Positions 47,491-56,401 of a DNA stretch of 64,000 nt are shown in pieces. The DNA is taken from assembly GCA_963797095.1 (NCBI GenBank), contig CAWCNY010000008.1, forward strand, positions 32,001 through 96,000. Direction: 5' to 3'. The notes under the pieces were generated by a model that made no database searches, was not told the DNA's origin, and saw nothing but the letters and a program-made list of their open reading frames with translations. Every line of letters starts with the position of its first letter. Position 1 is the first letter of the stretch. The position numbers were made by a program, and so were the translations under genes. The DNA is from an uncultured Chloroflexia bacterium. GTDB lineage: Bacteria; Chloroflexota; Chloroflexia; QHBQ01; JADMIH01.

Positions 47491-48987
47491 TTATAACTTT
47501 AACCCGCGCTTCAACTCCTCCAGCATCTCGCTCGGCGGGTAGTCGGGGTGGAGGTAGAGCAGGTCGCACACGGTTACAGCAGTGCGGATCAGTTGGCGCA
47601 GGTTGATGCGATGCTGCGAGAGGGCGCGTGACAGCATCCCAGGCACGGTGGAGGATACCTCAGTGTAGCGTTCAGGCGTGGAAGACCCGTTCTGATCATA
47701 GTCATAGGCCAGCGCGTGGTAGCGCTGCAGCGTGCCGAAGAACTCTCGGATATCCTTCTCGATGAAGCGGTCGTCCAGCCGCACAATCTGGGAGGGGGCT
47801 AGCCACGAGCCTACAGGCATCCGGTCAGCGCTTTCTGTAAGGGCGAATAGAAAGAGGAGATGCGGCTCGGATACGTAGCTTACAGGGTATTCGGAACGGG
47901 GATTGTCCGGGATCGTGCGGGCATCGATGCGCCCGTTGTTCAGGCCCAGCGCCGACACGGTCATCGCCTTGAAGAAGGAGTCGGCCCGCTCTCGCTGCGT
48001 CGCCCGCAGCAACGAGTAGTGCTCGGACTCGTCTATCAACACCCCAAGCCCGCTGTATCCGAGCAGGGTCGCCAGCGTGCTGATACCGGTGAGCATGTAG
48101 CTGTACTGGCGCGCCGTTTCGCGGGTCACGTACAGGGGCGGTGGCTTTTTCAGACAGCTTCTCATTTCTGCCTGCGGTTTAGCCTGCCCGCTCAACCACT
48201 GCACGATCTGGTCGAAGGCCAGCTGGCTGGAACAGTCCTGCAAAGCCAGCAGCGCCGACGCCAGGGGACAGTTCTTCGGCTCGCGTGGGCACGCCTCAAC
48301 GAGCCTGGCAATCACCGAGGGGTTGTCAAGCGCCTTGTTGATCAGGGGAAGAAGGCCGCGCTCCTCGGTGTCTGGGTAGCGCAGTGAGGTTACCAGTGCC
48401 TCGTAAATCTTGTGGGCTTTGCCGGGAGGTACCTCCACCAGATCGAGGCTGGCCGAGGCAACCAGGAAGTTCTCGCGCAGGCCGCGCCTGGCCGCAAGCT
48501 CGATGAAGTGGCTCTTGCCGAAGCCGTAATCGCCTATCACGGCAAGCGCGTCGCCGCTGCGCTCGCGGCTCCTTGCGAGCGCCCTATCCAGCGTCACCTG
48601 CTCGGCTTCCAGCCCTATGGTGAGGGTCTCGGCGTCCTGCACGGGTACCACACCCACGCGCAGCGCCTCCAGTGTTTGCTGGGCGCGGAATTGATCGCCT
48701 TCCAGCACCATAGTGCGCGCAGGCCTGAATTGGCCTTCGGCCAAGAACCGATGTGCCTTCATCGCAGGCGCATGGGGCGACTCGTCGAACTCTCTTGAAG
48801 GCAAGCGGAAACGTCTGCCGGACTCGAACTGAACCTCCCATTCGAACCCGCCCATGAAGGTTCGCAGGAGCGTGCCAGGGCCGAACTGCGGGTGATGCAC
48901 CCGGTTGGTTTCTTTGGCCTCTACAGAGCCTGCAGGCTCTGCAGGGTCCATGAGGTCCATACGGTCGCGGTTGTCCAATTGATCCAA
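47491..48987 (-). CDS. DUF2791/BrxD-like P-loop ATPase with an N-terminal SH3-like domain
   Basis: 'EALRVGVVP', Walker A GDYGFGKS, Walker B VLIDESE; N-terminal 'RVHHPQFGPG...VQF'. Confidence 0.8.
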   Translation of the reverse strand: MDQLDNRDRMDLMDPAEPAGSVEAKETNRVHHPQFGPGTLLRTFMGGFEWEVQFESGRRFRLPSREFDESPHAPAMKAHRFLAEGQFRPARTMVLEGDQFRAQQTLEALRVGVVPVQDAETLTIGLEAEQVTLDRALARSRERSGDALAVIGDYGFGKSHFIELAARRGLRENFLVASASLDLVEVPPGKAHKIYEALVTSLRYPDTEERGLLPLINKALDNPSVIARLVEACPREPKNCPLASALLALQDCSSQLAFDQIVQWLSGQAKPQAEMRSCLKKPPPLYVTRETARQYSYMLTGISTLATLLGYSGLGVLIDESEHYSLLRATQRERADSFFKAMTVSALGLNNGRIDARTIPDNPRSEYPVSYVSEPHLLFLFALTESADRMPVGSWLAPSQIVRLDDRFIEKDIREFFGTLQRYHALAYDYDQNGSSTPERYTEVSSTVPGMLSRALSQHRINLRQLIRTAVTVCDLLYLHPDYPPSEMLEELKRGLKL

Positions 48988-49001
48988 TAAGGGCCTCCGA
49001 C

Positions 49002-50300
49002 CTAATATGGACGCTGCTGCTCGTCGGCCAGCAGGTCGAGGGCGTTACTCTCCCCTCTGATGCGAGCGTCGGCGTACTCCGAGTTGATGGCTGTCTGCCC
49101 CTCCTCTTTCTGGCGGAACCACTCTGTTACGAGCGCTTTCACGAAGAGGCGGCGGTGACTTACCGCCAGGTAAGAGTTGACCGCCGCTTCCGCCAGCACG
49201 CGGATGTTCTGGCTCTGCATCTCTCCATCAAGCTTCACGTCGTACGCCGTCTCGAAGATTGGCATGAGGCGGTAGCCGATCTGCACCAGCAACTCCTCGT
49301 CGGGCATGTCGAGGTGGTCCAGGTCGATCTGGGGGCTGAAAGGGTTGGTGCGAGAGAAGTAGTCGGCGGCCTGCACCCTCTGCTGCAGAGCGGGGTACTT
49401 TGGCACGACCGTATGGAGGAAATCGGGTGGCACCGCGTACATGAAGAGTGCGCCCGGAAGGTCCTCGCGGCAGCGGTCGATCACCTCGCGCAGGTTATCG
49501 GTGGCGGTCTTCTCGGCCTTGCCGCCGATGCTCAGCATCCGGTCGCCTTCGTCGAAGAGGAGAGCGAGCCCGGTGTAGCCCAGGGCGCGTACCGCCTGGC
49601 ACAGGGAGCGGAGCATCTTGAAAGCGTTGTTGCGGTTGATCTTCTCGGTCACGCCGATTGAGCGCAGGTCGCGCATATCTTCGGGGGTGACTTCCTCGCC
49701 CTGAAACCAGCGCTCTAGCGAATCTTCGCGGCGCTCCTGCCCTCGGAGGAGGGCGGTGAAATACCCCTGCACGGCTTTGTGGAAGCTGAGGCTATCTATG
49801 TGAGTTGAGGCGATAGTGCTCAGGAAAGCGCGCACTTCGGGGATCTCTTCCGCGCCCTCGTCCTGCAAGTCGAGGCCGTGCGGGCTGACAATGCGCCGCA
49901 GGGTGCCTTCGAGAAAGCGCCCCAGGCCGTACTCGTCTTCGGCCAGCCCGCCCAATTCATGCCATACTATGGATGACGCCACTGCCCCATACACCCGCCT
50001 CTGGTCGTCGTATGGGCTTTCCTTGGGACTGAGGTCCACTTTGCTCACGGCGAAGTCGCGCTGCCAGGCGCGGTCGCGCACACAGTAGAGGAAGTGCGAC
50101 TTGCCGCTGCCGTAGTCGCCCACCACCAGCTTGAACACGGCACCACCATCGGCCAGGTATGAACCGAGGTAATGGGTGTCGATGGCGTTGAGGAGCGATT
50201 CATTGCCCACGTTGTAGTAGCTTACGCCTCTGGGCATGGGAGTGCCGGATTGCCCCAATGTCTCGATGATCTGGCGGGCCAGGCGCGGTTCAGGTAACAT
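49002..50300 (-). CDS. DUF2791/BrxD-like P-loop ATPase
   Basis: 'FKLVVGDYGSGKSHFL', 'LGYTGLALLFDEG', 'NLREVID', 'YPALQQR'. Confidence 0.82.
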   Translation of the reverse strand: MLPEPRLARQIIETLGQSGTPMPRGVSYYNVGNESLLNAIDTHYLGSYLADGGAVFKLVVGDYGSGKSHFLYCVRDRAWQRDFAVSKVDLSPKESPYDDQRRVYGAVASSIVWHELGGLAEDEYGLGRFLEGTLRRIVSPHGLDLQDEGAEEIPEVRAFLSTIASTHIDSLSFHKAVQGYFTALLRGQERREDSLERWFQGEEVTPEDMRDLRSIGVTEKINRNNAFKMLRSLCQAVRALGYTGLALLFDEGDRMLSIGGKAEKTATDNLREVIDRCREDLPGALFMYAVPPDFLHTVVPKYPALQQRVQAADYFSRTNPFSPQIDLDHLDMPDEELLVQIGYRLMPIFETAYDVKLDGEMQSQNIRVLAEAAVNSYLAVSHRRLFVKALVTEWFRQKEEGQTAINSEYADARIRGESNALDLLADEQQRPY

Positions 50301-50392
50301 AATTCGTCCTCCGGTGTGAAACTCCTATCTCGGAGTTGCGCCAAATGTGCAGTTATCATCAAGGCGCTCATAGCGAAGTGGTACAGGGGCAT

Positions 50393-50683
50393 TTAGCGGC
50401 GGTCCTCGATGACCATTTGCGACATAGGCTTGCCTTTGACCTTTATTGGTCTGCGGTTCCCCTTTGGCTCAACGTGCGATTGGTGCTTGATTTCCAGGAT
50501 CAAACCTCTTTCAAGTAGGTGTTGCCTGAAAGCCTCTTCTGCTGCCTCAAGTGCTCCGGGCAACATGAACTCATCGACGGCAGTAGGTACAACCGTGACC
50601 TCGACCTTCGTGCCGTCTTGAAGGTGCACGTCCTCGGGTAGCAATACGACATTGTCCTTTACAACGCCTTCATATACGGTCAT
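50393..50683 (-). CDS. Orphan antitoxin (DUF104/AbrB-like) followed by a PIN-start remnant
   Basis: 'YEGVVKDNVVLLPE...GTKVEV'; tail 'GKPMSQMVIEDRR'; the next ATG reads MPLYHFAMSAL (decayed 'YFDTSAL'). Confidence 0.65.
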   Translation of the reverse strand: MTVYEGVVKDNVVLLPEDVHLQDGTKVEVTVVPTAVDEFMLPGALEAAEEAFRQHLLERGLILEIKHQSHVEPKGNRRPIKVKGKPMSQMVIEDRR

Positions 50684-50692
50684 GAAGCCTCC

Positions 50693-51761
50693 TTACTCCC
50701 TCACAAACTCGACGTCCGCGATGTACCGCCCATCGTAAGGCGTGTCTCCTTCCACAATCCACATGCTCTTTGTGGGGCTGTCGGTCTGCGATTTGACGGC
50801 GCTGTGGGCCTTCACGACGTGACTATCATATACGAGGCGCTGGCGGCTGGAGAACTCGTAGAAGTCGTATTCGAATTGCGCCCGCAAGTAATCGGTGAAA
50901 GTGTGCTTGCTCGGCTGGCTGGCGAAGGCTCGGCCCTGGCGCAGCAGCACCATCTCTATGTAGCAGTCCACGATATTCACCCGTGCCGATCCCGATGACT
51001 GTGTCTGCGTGCCTCGTTTGCGGCGGGCAGTCTGGTACGCTTCATGGAACTGGGCAATCCAGGCTTTGCCATCCTGGTTCCGTCCCATTATAGCCTTTGA
51101 TGCGCTCGCGTAGGCTTTTATGGTGGCTTCCACAGTGATGGGGGCATGGGGCACCACGACGTCCTTACCGTAACGCAGCACTACGAAGCGTTTGGCGAAG
51201 TTGGCCTCAAGCTCGAAGCGCCCGATCTCGAACCGAGGTGCGCGCCCTCCTATATGTATCCCCTGTTCCGCCAGGGCCGAGCGGAGCCTGTGGCCGAATT
51301 CGTCGCCGAGTACACGCTGGGCAACATCCAGCTCTTCGCGCAGAAGGGGGAGCGTCTCGCGCACGTTCTCTTGCTTTGCCAATTCCAGTGTGGCAAGAGC
51401 TTTGTCCAGCCGCACCACGTCCACAGGCTCGGTGCGTAGCGCCGACGACGCATCTTTCAGCGCGCCGGTGAGGGTGGCCAGAACTCTTTAGCTCGCGCCG
51501 TATGTCGGGCAGCAGCGGGTCCACGGCATCTTCTTTCAGCCTGCTCGCAGAGAACGCTTCTTGAGCACCATTGAGGCCGTCAGCGGAAACGCCTGAATTC
51601 AGCATACTGAGGTCTCGCAACGCCTTCTGCGCTTTGCTATGGGCGTTCGTGACTCCCTTGAATGCCGCCTGCAATCCGGCAACAGCTTTCTGCTGCTGAG
51701 AATAGGTCTCACGCAACGTATCGAGTTGGGTAACTAGGGTTTCGTTGGTCATGATGATCAC
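50693..51761 (-). CDS. Coiled-coil protein with a globular C-terminal domain, +1 frameshift near 51484 (first gene of the ATPase-helicase operon)
   Basis: Two overlapping ORFs join as '...RRELK-LATLTGALKDASSALRTEPVDVVRLDK...' after removing one base. Confidence 0.7.
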
Positions 51762-51984
51762 TTACCTGGCAATAAATATTCGAAGTGTCAAGCAGCAGCT
51801 ATTTTACCTTATTAGAGTGAGACAGCCAATCGAGAGTGCGTGGCGTCTGAGCACTTCTCCGGGGCTGCTTCTTGCGTGATCCTGGACGCGAGGCCAGCTT
51901 GCTGCAAGTTGAGGGCCATAACGGGGGTCACAACGGAGATCCTGTCCTGTTCCTCCGCTTTCGGCGGGATTGACCTGACCTGTG

Positions 51985-52263
51985 TCAGTAGTGGAACCGC
52001 GCCTGCAGGAAATCGATCCTATCCTCGCGCACCAGGTAGACGAGACGGTGCTCTTGCGTGATTCGCCTCGACCAGACGTTTGGCCCCAGATACTTCAACG
52101 GCACAGGCTTCCCTATGCCTTCGAAAGGATCTCGCAACACAACCTCCACCAGGCTTAGCACTCTCAACGCTGTGCGGCGATCGGTTTCTACCCGGTGGCG
52201 TTCAGCCCAATGGCGTAGGTCTTCTCGAAACTCCGGCTGAAAGACCGCCTGACGCTCACTCAC
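51985..52263 (-). CDS. yoeB: Txe/YoeB-family toxin
   Basis: 'RDPFEGIGKP.PLK...WSRRITQEHRLVY...QARFHY'. Confidence 0.9.
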   Translation of the reverse strand: MSERQAVFQPEFREDLRHWAERHRVETDRRTALRVLSLVEVVLRDPFEGIGKPVPLKYLGPNVWSRRITQEHRLVYLVREDRIDFLQARFHY

Positions 52264-52648
52264 GTTCCGGTGTGTCCTGGTTATCCTGCTCCGAAGTAGC
52301 TCGCTTTGATCTCGGCTCCGATTCCAGCCCCATCTCTTTGCGAAGTTCGTCCACCGTGCCCGGCTTCTCGCTCCCCTCAAGGACACGACTCAAGGCTGCC
52401 ACCAGCCTTTGTGCGTTATGAGGCGAACTTAACAGGTGCGCGGTTTCCATCAGGCTCTCCAACTCCTCCGCCGACACTATGGCGACGTCTCTGGCGCTGC
52501 CGCCTTTGCCGCCTTTGCCGCCTTTGCCGCCTTTGCGCCTGCGCACGATGATAATTTCACGGTCATCGACAGCCCTATCAAAATAGGATGCCAGATGCTC
52601 CCGGGCCTCTGTGTAGGTAGTTTCCACTGTCAACTTCACGTCCCTCAT
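52256..52648 (-). CDS. yefM: YefM-family antitoxin
   Basis: 'TYTEAREHLA', 'ESLMETAHLLSSPHNAQRL'; contains (GGK)n from a 9-bp repeat. Confidence 0.9.
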   Translation of the reverse strand: MRDVKLTVETTYTEAREHLASYFDRAVDDREIIIVRRRKGGKGGKGGKGGSARDVAIVSAEELESLMETAHLLSSPHNAQRLVAALSRVLEGSEKPGTVDELRKEMGLESEPRSKRATSEQDNQDTPERE

Positions 52649-52649
52649 G

Positions 52650-52690
52650 TATAATCATCACGTACAGCCTTCCTGTACGTGATGATTATA
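52650..52690. promoter_or_regulatory. 18-bp perfect inverted repeat; yefM-yoeB operator/promoter
   Basis: TATAATCATCACGTACAG-CCTTC-CTGTACGTGATGATTATA directly upstream of the ATG. Confidence 0.75.
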
Positions 52691-52751
52691 GCTCAAAGGC
52701 ACCATTCAGTCCAGCCCTGATCCGTCAAGCCGGCCGAATCGAGCAGTAAGC

Positions 52752-53013
52752 CTACGCTTCGCCTTCGCCCAACTGCTCGCGCATCCATGCTGCCAGCCCT
52801 TCCTCCAGCGCACGCAGCATGTCACCCATTGTCGCGTACTCGCCCTGTTCTCGGCCCTCCCAGACCATCCCACCGGTATCCAGCGCCCTGACAAACGAAC
52901 GGCTGTAATCGTCCTCCCCAAACTCAATCCAGCCATGGGTCTTCACCCAGCTAGTGATGTGGGGGTACGAGCGCTCGAAAGTACGCGAATTGCTTGCGCT
53001 TCATTGGCTCCAT
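52752..53013 (-). pseudogene. Paralog of 16164..16472 with a 2-nt deletion near 52985
   Basis: MEPMKRKQFA (shift) RTFERSYPHITSWVKTHGWIEFGEDDYSRSFVRALDTGG. Confidence 0.75.
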
Positions 53014-53060
53014 GGGGTATCTCGGGCTGCTCAGATAGCTCGTGTATCCGCTGATCGGGT

Positions 53061-53185
53061 CTAAATGTACAGCAATCGATTCTGTATTTCGTCTGCGGTC
53101 AGATTATTGATAATGGTGAGCAGCCTGAGCATGATCTCGTACGGCGAGCGGCGCACTGCCAGAATGATGCTATAGTGTCTGGGCT
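53061..53185 (-). pseudogene. 3' remnant of a DUF5615 PIN-like toxin
   Basis: HYSIILAVRRSPYEIMLRLLTIINNLTADEIQNRLLYI*. Confidence 0.65.
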
Positions 53186-53309
53186 ACCGGGAGCGGCAGG
53201 TCATCAACCCGCTCCGTCATAACAGTGAGATTCTCGGTCATGCCGGGAGCTTACCGCAATTCGCTCAACTCGTCCAGATTCGAGCGAAAGGCATGTCTTC
53301 AGGCCAGGT

Positions 53310-53645
53310 TTGCTTAAATGTTCGCTCGGGCGGCGTTGAAACTCCGGCCACGTCGCGTCCGCGGGGGCGCCATCGGCAGGCTGCCCTCGATAAGCCGCGG
53401 TGAACTGCTTGCCCAAATGCTTTGCCAACGCGGCGGCGAGGCCAGTCTGCTTGCGCACCCATTGCGCCAGGTCGTAGACCGACTTCTCGGCCTGTAGCGG
53501 CACGCCGTCGAAGCCGAGCACCAAGTGAGCGCGGCCGGGTCATTACGGCGCTTGATAAGCCTGTCGTACGCCCGTGTGAACGGCGCCTCGCTCGGGTAGG
53601 TGGTAGGCAGGATGCTGATCTGCACCGCGGCGCAGTATTGATCTG
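53310..53645 (-). pseudogene. Internal fragment of a PEP-utilising/PPDK-like enzyme
   Basis: 'SEAPFTRAYDRLIKR..DP.A' (shift) 'LGFD..PLQAEKSVYDLAQW...W.EFQRR'. Confidence 0.45.
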
Positions 53646-53687
53646 GCATGCAAAGCTCGCTTCCTGCGAAGTCCCGACGTCCAGAGG

Positions 53688-56273
53688 TCATGGCGTTTCA
53701 CTTTCGTAGGCACCTATGTCGAAGCCCTTTCCTTGTGGGCGCGGGTATCCCAGATAGTCAAGCTGCATGTTTGTATCGGCCCCAGCGTCTATCGCTGGGC
53801 TGTTTGCTCCGGGGCGATAATTCCCCGTCTCTATATCCAGGAGAGCCGGGTCCGCGCTGAGGCTGTTGGAGTCCCAATCTGGGCAGTCGCCCGCACCGAA
53901 GCAGAGGTTATTGCTTGCGTTGAGCGACGAGGATTGTGCACCCCATTCCTCGAGACTGTAATATAACTGGTCGGAGCGCGCGTACAGGATGTTGTTTTGT
54001 ACGGTTACTCTCCTGTTACCCGCCCTCTCAAGGTATATTTGCGCGGTGCTGTTGTCATAGAAGGTGTTGTTCTGAACATAAACCGTTCCCTGAGGGTCGT
54101 TGACGCGCAAGCCTGGCTCTCCCGAGCCTTCGATAATGTTGTTATAGACATAGATAGTGCCGAGCACCTCTGTGCCGCCATCGCTACCGCCGAGGACGAC
54201 GTTGTTTAGCTCGGCTCCTGAGAGGAGGTTGTCATGAATGCGTATATCCTCGATCCGATCGTTCGCCAGATGGCCGTAAAGCTGTATGCTGCGCCCACCC
54301 TCTTGATTCTGAATCTGGTTCCACCCGAATTCGATATCGCTGTTGGTTCCATATCCGCCTATGTAGAAAGCGTGACCGCGCAGCTTTTCGCCTGGCGTGC
54401 CATTGTTGCTGAGTAAGTTGCCCAGGACTTTGATCTGCGAACTGTCGGTATTGATGCTGAGTGCTCCGCTATCGTCCAATGCGCTGTCATGCAGGTAGTT
54501 ACCTATCACTCTGTGCCCGACCCCTGACAAACTAATAGGATTCATGGATGCTACGAAAGTCAAGTTAGCGATAATGTAATAAGATTGAGCCAGATCGGAG
54601 GTGAGAGTGAGGATTCCGCGCCTTGCGGCAAGGTTACCCAACACAGGGCTTTCTCCGGGATAACCAATGTAGGCTACAGGGCGGTCGGGTGTGCCGGTCG
54701 CCGCGCCGGTGTCGGGATCGAGCATCAAGATGGCATCCCAACCTGGACCTGTGGGGTCCATTTCGCTAAGAGTGCCGCCCCTGATGTAAACGATGTCACC
54801 AGCCTTGAGAAAGTCTCTGGCTTTGTATGGCGTCTTGAACGGCTCATCGAACGTCCCCGGGTTGGAGTCGTCGGCGTTCCCGGCCCCTGGCGCTACGAAG
54901 TATATCTGCCCATCTCTGACAGTGAATGGTAGGGAGTTGCTGGCCTTACCGTTTACCGTGACGCTGATATTTCCCGTACGCGCATTGCCACCCAACTGCA
55001 CGACGATCATATCCAGCTCGCGGGCAAATGCATTGTCCTCTCCCCAGATGATGTACTTTGCCACTTCCTGCCCGCCTATAGTGACTGTAGAGTCGCCACG
55101 GTTCACCCCAAACCCCTCTCCCCACAAAGTGATAAATACCCCCAGGTTGTCCTGCCCGCCGCTATTCGGCCCCGATTCGATGTCACTGAAGAAGAGTCTG
55201 GGCCCTCCCGGGTCGCCGGGCTGGGAAGGATTCAAGGCTATAGCGGTCGGAACTACGCCGGAGGTGGCAGTGGCGTGGGACATCGGCGGCTGAGGAGTGG
55301 GCGGGTCGACCGGCGGGAGCTGAGCTACTGGCTGGAGTTGAGAGCGAATCGCGTCGAACCAGATCCGGGCGATGATTTCATAGCCGCTGGGATTAGGGTG
55401 GTTACCGTCGTAGGACAGCGTTGCCTGGTTGGTGAAGATGGTGGTATTGAAGAAGTCAACGGTGATAGCGCCATGCTCGGCCGCTTTGGCGGTGATCGCT
55501 TCGTTGTAGGCTCTGACTCGGCGCGACATCCTGGCCAGACCGGCTGCGGTAATGTTACCTCCGTCGGGGTTCCTGGCGAATGGGCGCAGCGACTGGTCAT
55601 CGAGCAGTGCAATGAAGGTAAGGGCTCCCGCTCCTCTTAGTGCGCGAAGAGTTGCATCAATATTGATGGTGTAGTTGCCCAGATCCCATTCTTCCTGCTC
55701 AAGGGCGTTGTTGTACCACAGGTCGTTGGAGCCGATCCAGACGAGGGCGATGTGCGGCGTCGACTGAAGAGCGGCGGGGAGTTGTTCAGCCAGTAACTGG
55801 CCCGAATCCCAGCCCGACTTACCGAGGTTGATGACGCGAGAAGCTGGGCGTAGAGTGTTCATCATCTCGCCCAAGCGCCCCGGATAGCCGCCACGACCGC
55901 CGGGATCGTCACCGTCGCCCTCGGTGAGGCTGTCACCGAGGGCGACGATGGTCAAAGGGCCGGCGGGCAGTGGCTGAGGGATTGCCCCTGCATTGGTGGT
56001 AGGAAGGGGAGCAGGCGTGCTAAGTTGAGTAGGCGCCTCCTGAGCGGTCGTCTCGCCGGTTGCTTCAGTTGTAGGTTGCGGGATGGCCTCTTGCGTAGGT
56101 AGCACGCCGGTAGCCTGCGCCACGTCGGTCGGAGGCGCGATCACGCTGCCGCCGGTTGGCAGAGGGGTAGGTGATGTTGGAGCCGCACCGTTATCACAGC
56201 TAGCAACCACCCCAGCGAGGATCACGAGGGCCAGGCTGAGCGCTGTCGTGCCCCTCGTTCGAAGGCGAAGCAT
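53688..56273 (-). CDS. Lipoprotein with SGNH/GDSL hydrolase, IPT/TIG and right-handed beta-helix domains
   Basis: Lipobox VVAS-C; P/T linkers; GDSLT, GSND and DGNHPN motifs; beta-helix 'NN' ladders; C-terminal 'SPAIDAG...DIGAYE'. Confidence 0.85.
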   Translation of the reverse strand: MLRLRTRGTTALSLALVILAGVVASCDNGAAPTSPTPLPTGGSVIAPPTDVAQATGVLPTQEAIPQPTTEATGETTAQEAPTQLSTPAPLPTTNAGAIPQPLPAGPLTIVALGDSLTEGDGDDPGGRGGYPGRLGEMMNTLRPASRVINLGKSGWDSGQLLAEQLPAALQSTPHIALVWIGSNDLWYNNALEQEEWDLGNYTINIDATLRALRGAGALTFIALLDDQSLRPFARNPDGGNITAAGLARMSRRVRAYNEAITAKAAEHGAITVDFFNTTIFTNQATLSYDGNHPNPSGYEIIARIWFDAIRSQLQPVAQLPPVDPPTPQPPMSHATATSGVVPTAIALNPSQPGDPGGPRLFFSDIESGPNSGGQDNLGVFITLWGEGFGVNRGDSTVTIGGQEVAKYIIWGEDNAFARELDMIVVQLGGNARTGNISVTVNGKASNSLPFTVRDGQIYFVAPGAGNADDSNPGTFDEPFKTPYKARDFLKAGDIVYIRGGTLSEMDPTGPGWDAILMLDPDTGAATGTPDRPVAYIGYPGESPVLGNLAARRGILTLTSDLAQSYYIIANLTFVASMNPISLSGVGHRVIGNYLHDSALDDSGALSINTDSSQIKVLGNLLSNNGTPGEKLRGHAFYIGGYGTNSDIEFGWNQIQNQEGGRSIQLYGHLANDRIEDIRIHDNLLSGAELNNVVLGGSDGGTEVLGTIYVYNNIIEGSGEPGLRVNDPQGTVYVQNNTFYDNSTAQIYLERAGNRRVTVQNNILYARSDQLYYSLEEWGAQSSSLNASNNLCFGAGDCPDWDSNSLSADPALLDIETGNYRPGANSPAIDAGADTNMQLDYLGYPRPQGKGFDIGAYESETP

Positions 56274-56401
56274 GGTAACCTCCTTGTTCGCCCGAGTACC
56301 CGGTCAGTACCCGGTACATGGGTACAGGCATAAGCCGGATTAGGACACTTGCACAAGGGAACAATGAGCATCGGATGCCCTTCTTCGCGCTTTGCCGACG
56401 C

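Noticed and set aside
43957-51761. Complete BREX/Pgl system
   Set aside because: No PglX methyltransferase, PglZ phosphatase, BrxC/PglY or PglW is visible in the window.
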